NCBI RefSeq assembly: GCF_000002075.1
Contig: NW_004797893.1
Location: 398,462 to 462,461, forward strand
Source: Aplysia californica
Lineage: Eukaryota
Length of the DNA: 64,000 nt
Direction: 5' to 3'
In this document: one piece after another, positions 63,644 to 64,000 of the stretch
Layout of the letters: the number at the start of each line of letters is the position of its first letter
How positions within the stretch are numbered: position 1 is the stretch's first letter
Program-made: the position numbers and the translations under genes
The notes under the pieces: generated by a model
Databases searched by the model: none
The model's input: only the letters and a program-made list of their open reading frames with translations
What the model was told of the DNA's origin: nothing

Positions 63644-64000
63644 TGCCCTTTTCTTCAATGAAAACTGTGTGGATTGTGAATGTGTTGAAAGATAATCACC
63701 TTTTATAGCATATGTAAATAATGTTATGCTCTGCTTGACAGAATTTAGTCGTATCTAAATGTACCTACATGTTTTTCTTTGTTAAAGTGCATACGTATGT
63801 GTCTTATTTCTACAAGATTTCTGATTGCTTTTGCTATAAAATGAGAATAACGTCAACTCTAACTCTGAACAGATCTAGTTGACTTGCTTATATTTGTGTC
63901 AATGTGGCATCATGATTACGAAAACAGTGAATGAAGCATGACTGAGAATACTGTGATGGCTTTTCTTACAAAAAATATAGGCCTACATTGTGTAAGGCAC

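Overview
Eukaryotic (animal) genomic DNA, not prokaryotic. A degraded 28S rDNA fragment and the repeat content suggest a gastropod mollusc, probably heterobranch (inference from recalled sequences). The window holds two + strand spliced genes reconstructed by hand. The first is LTN1/listerin, the ribosome-quality-control RING E3 ligase: 31 phase-compatible coding exons from 13958 to 48452, 5352 nt, 1783 aa plus stop. The second is a two-coding-exon glutaredoxin-like C5orf63/YDR286C homologue at 61145-63571, 146 aa, with a CPLC motif. The rest is a scrambled 28S rRNA pseudogene mosaic, a dead EN-RT-RNase H non-LTR retrotransposon, two internally deleted RTE elements with target-site duplications (TSDs), SINE/LINE-tail fragments, many non-autonomous DNA transposons (pogo/Tigger-like, Mutator-like with 9-bp TSDs, piggyBac-like, foldback) and several N gaps. 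I found no clearly new enzymatic system. The most unusual signals are ~69-bp tandem arrays of decayed 3' splice-site copies ahead of two different LTN1 exons, a Mutator-like element with palindrome-plus-direct-spacer ends that places strong splice donors just upstream of C5orf63, the rearranged 28S mosaic, and the bipartite RTE retroelements.
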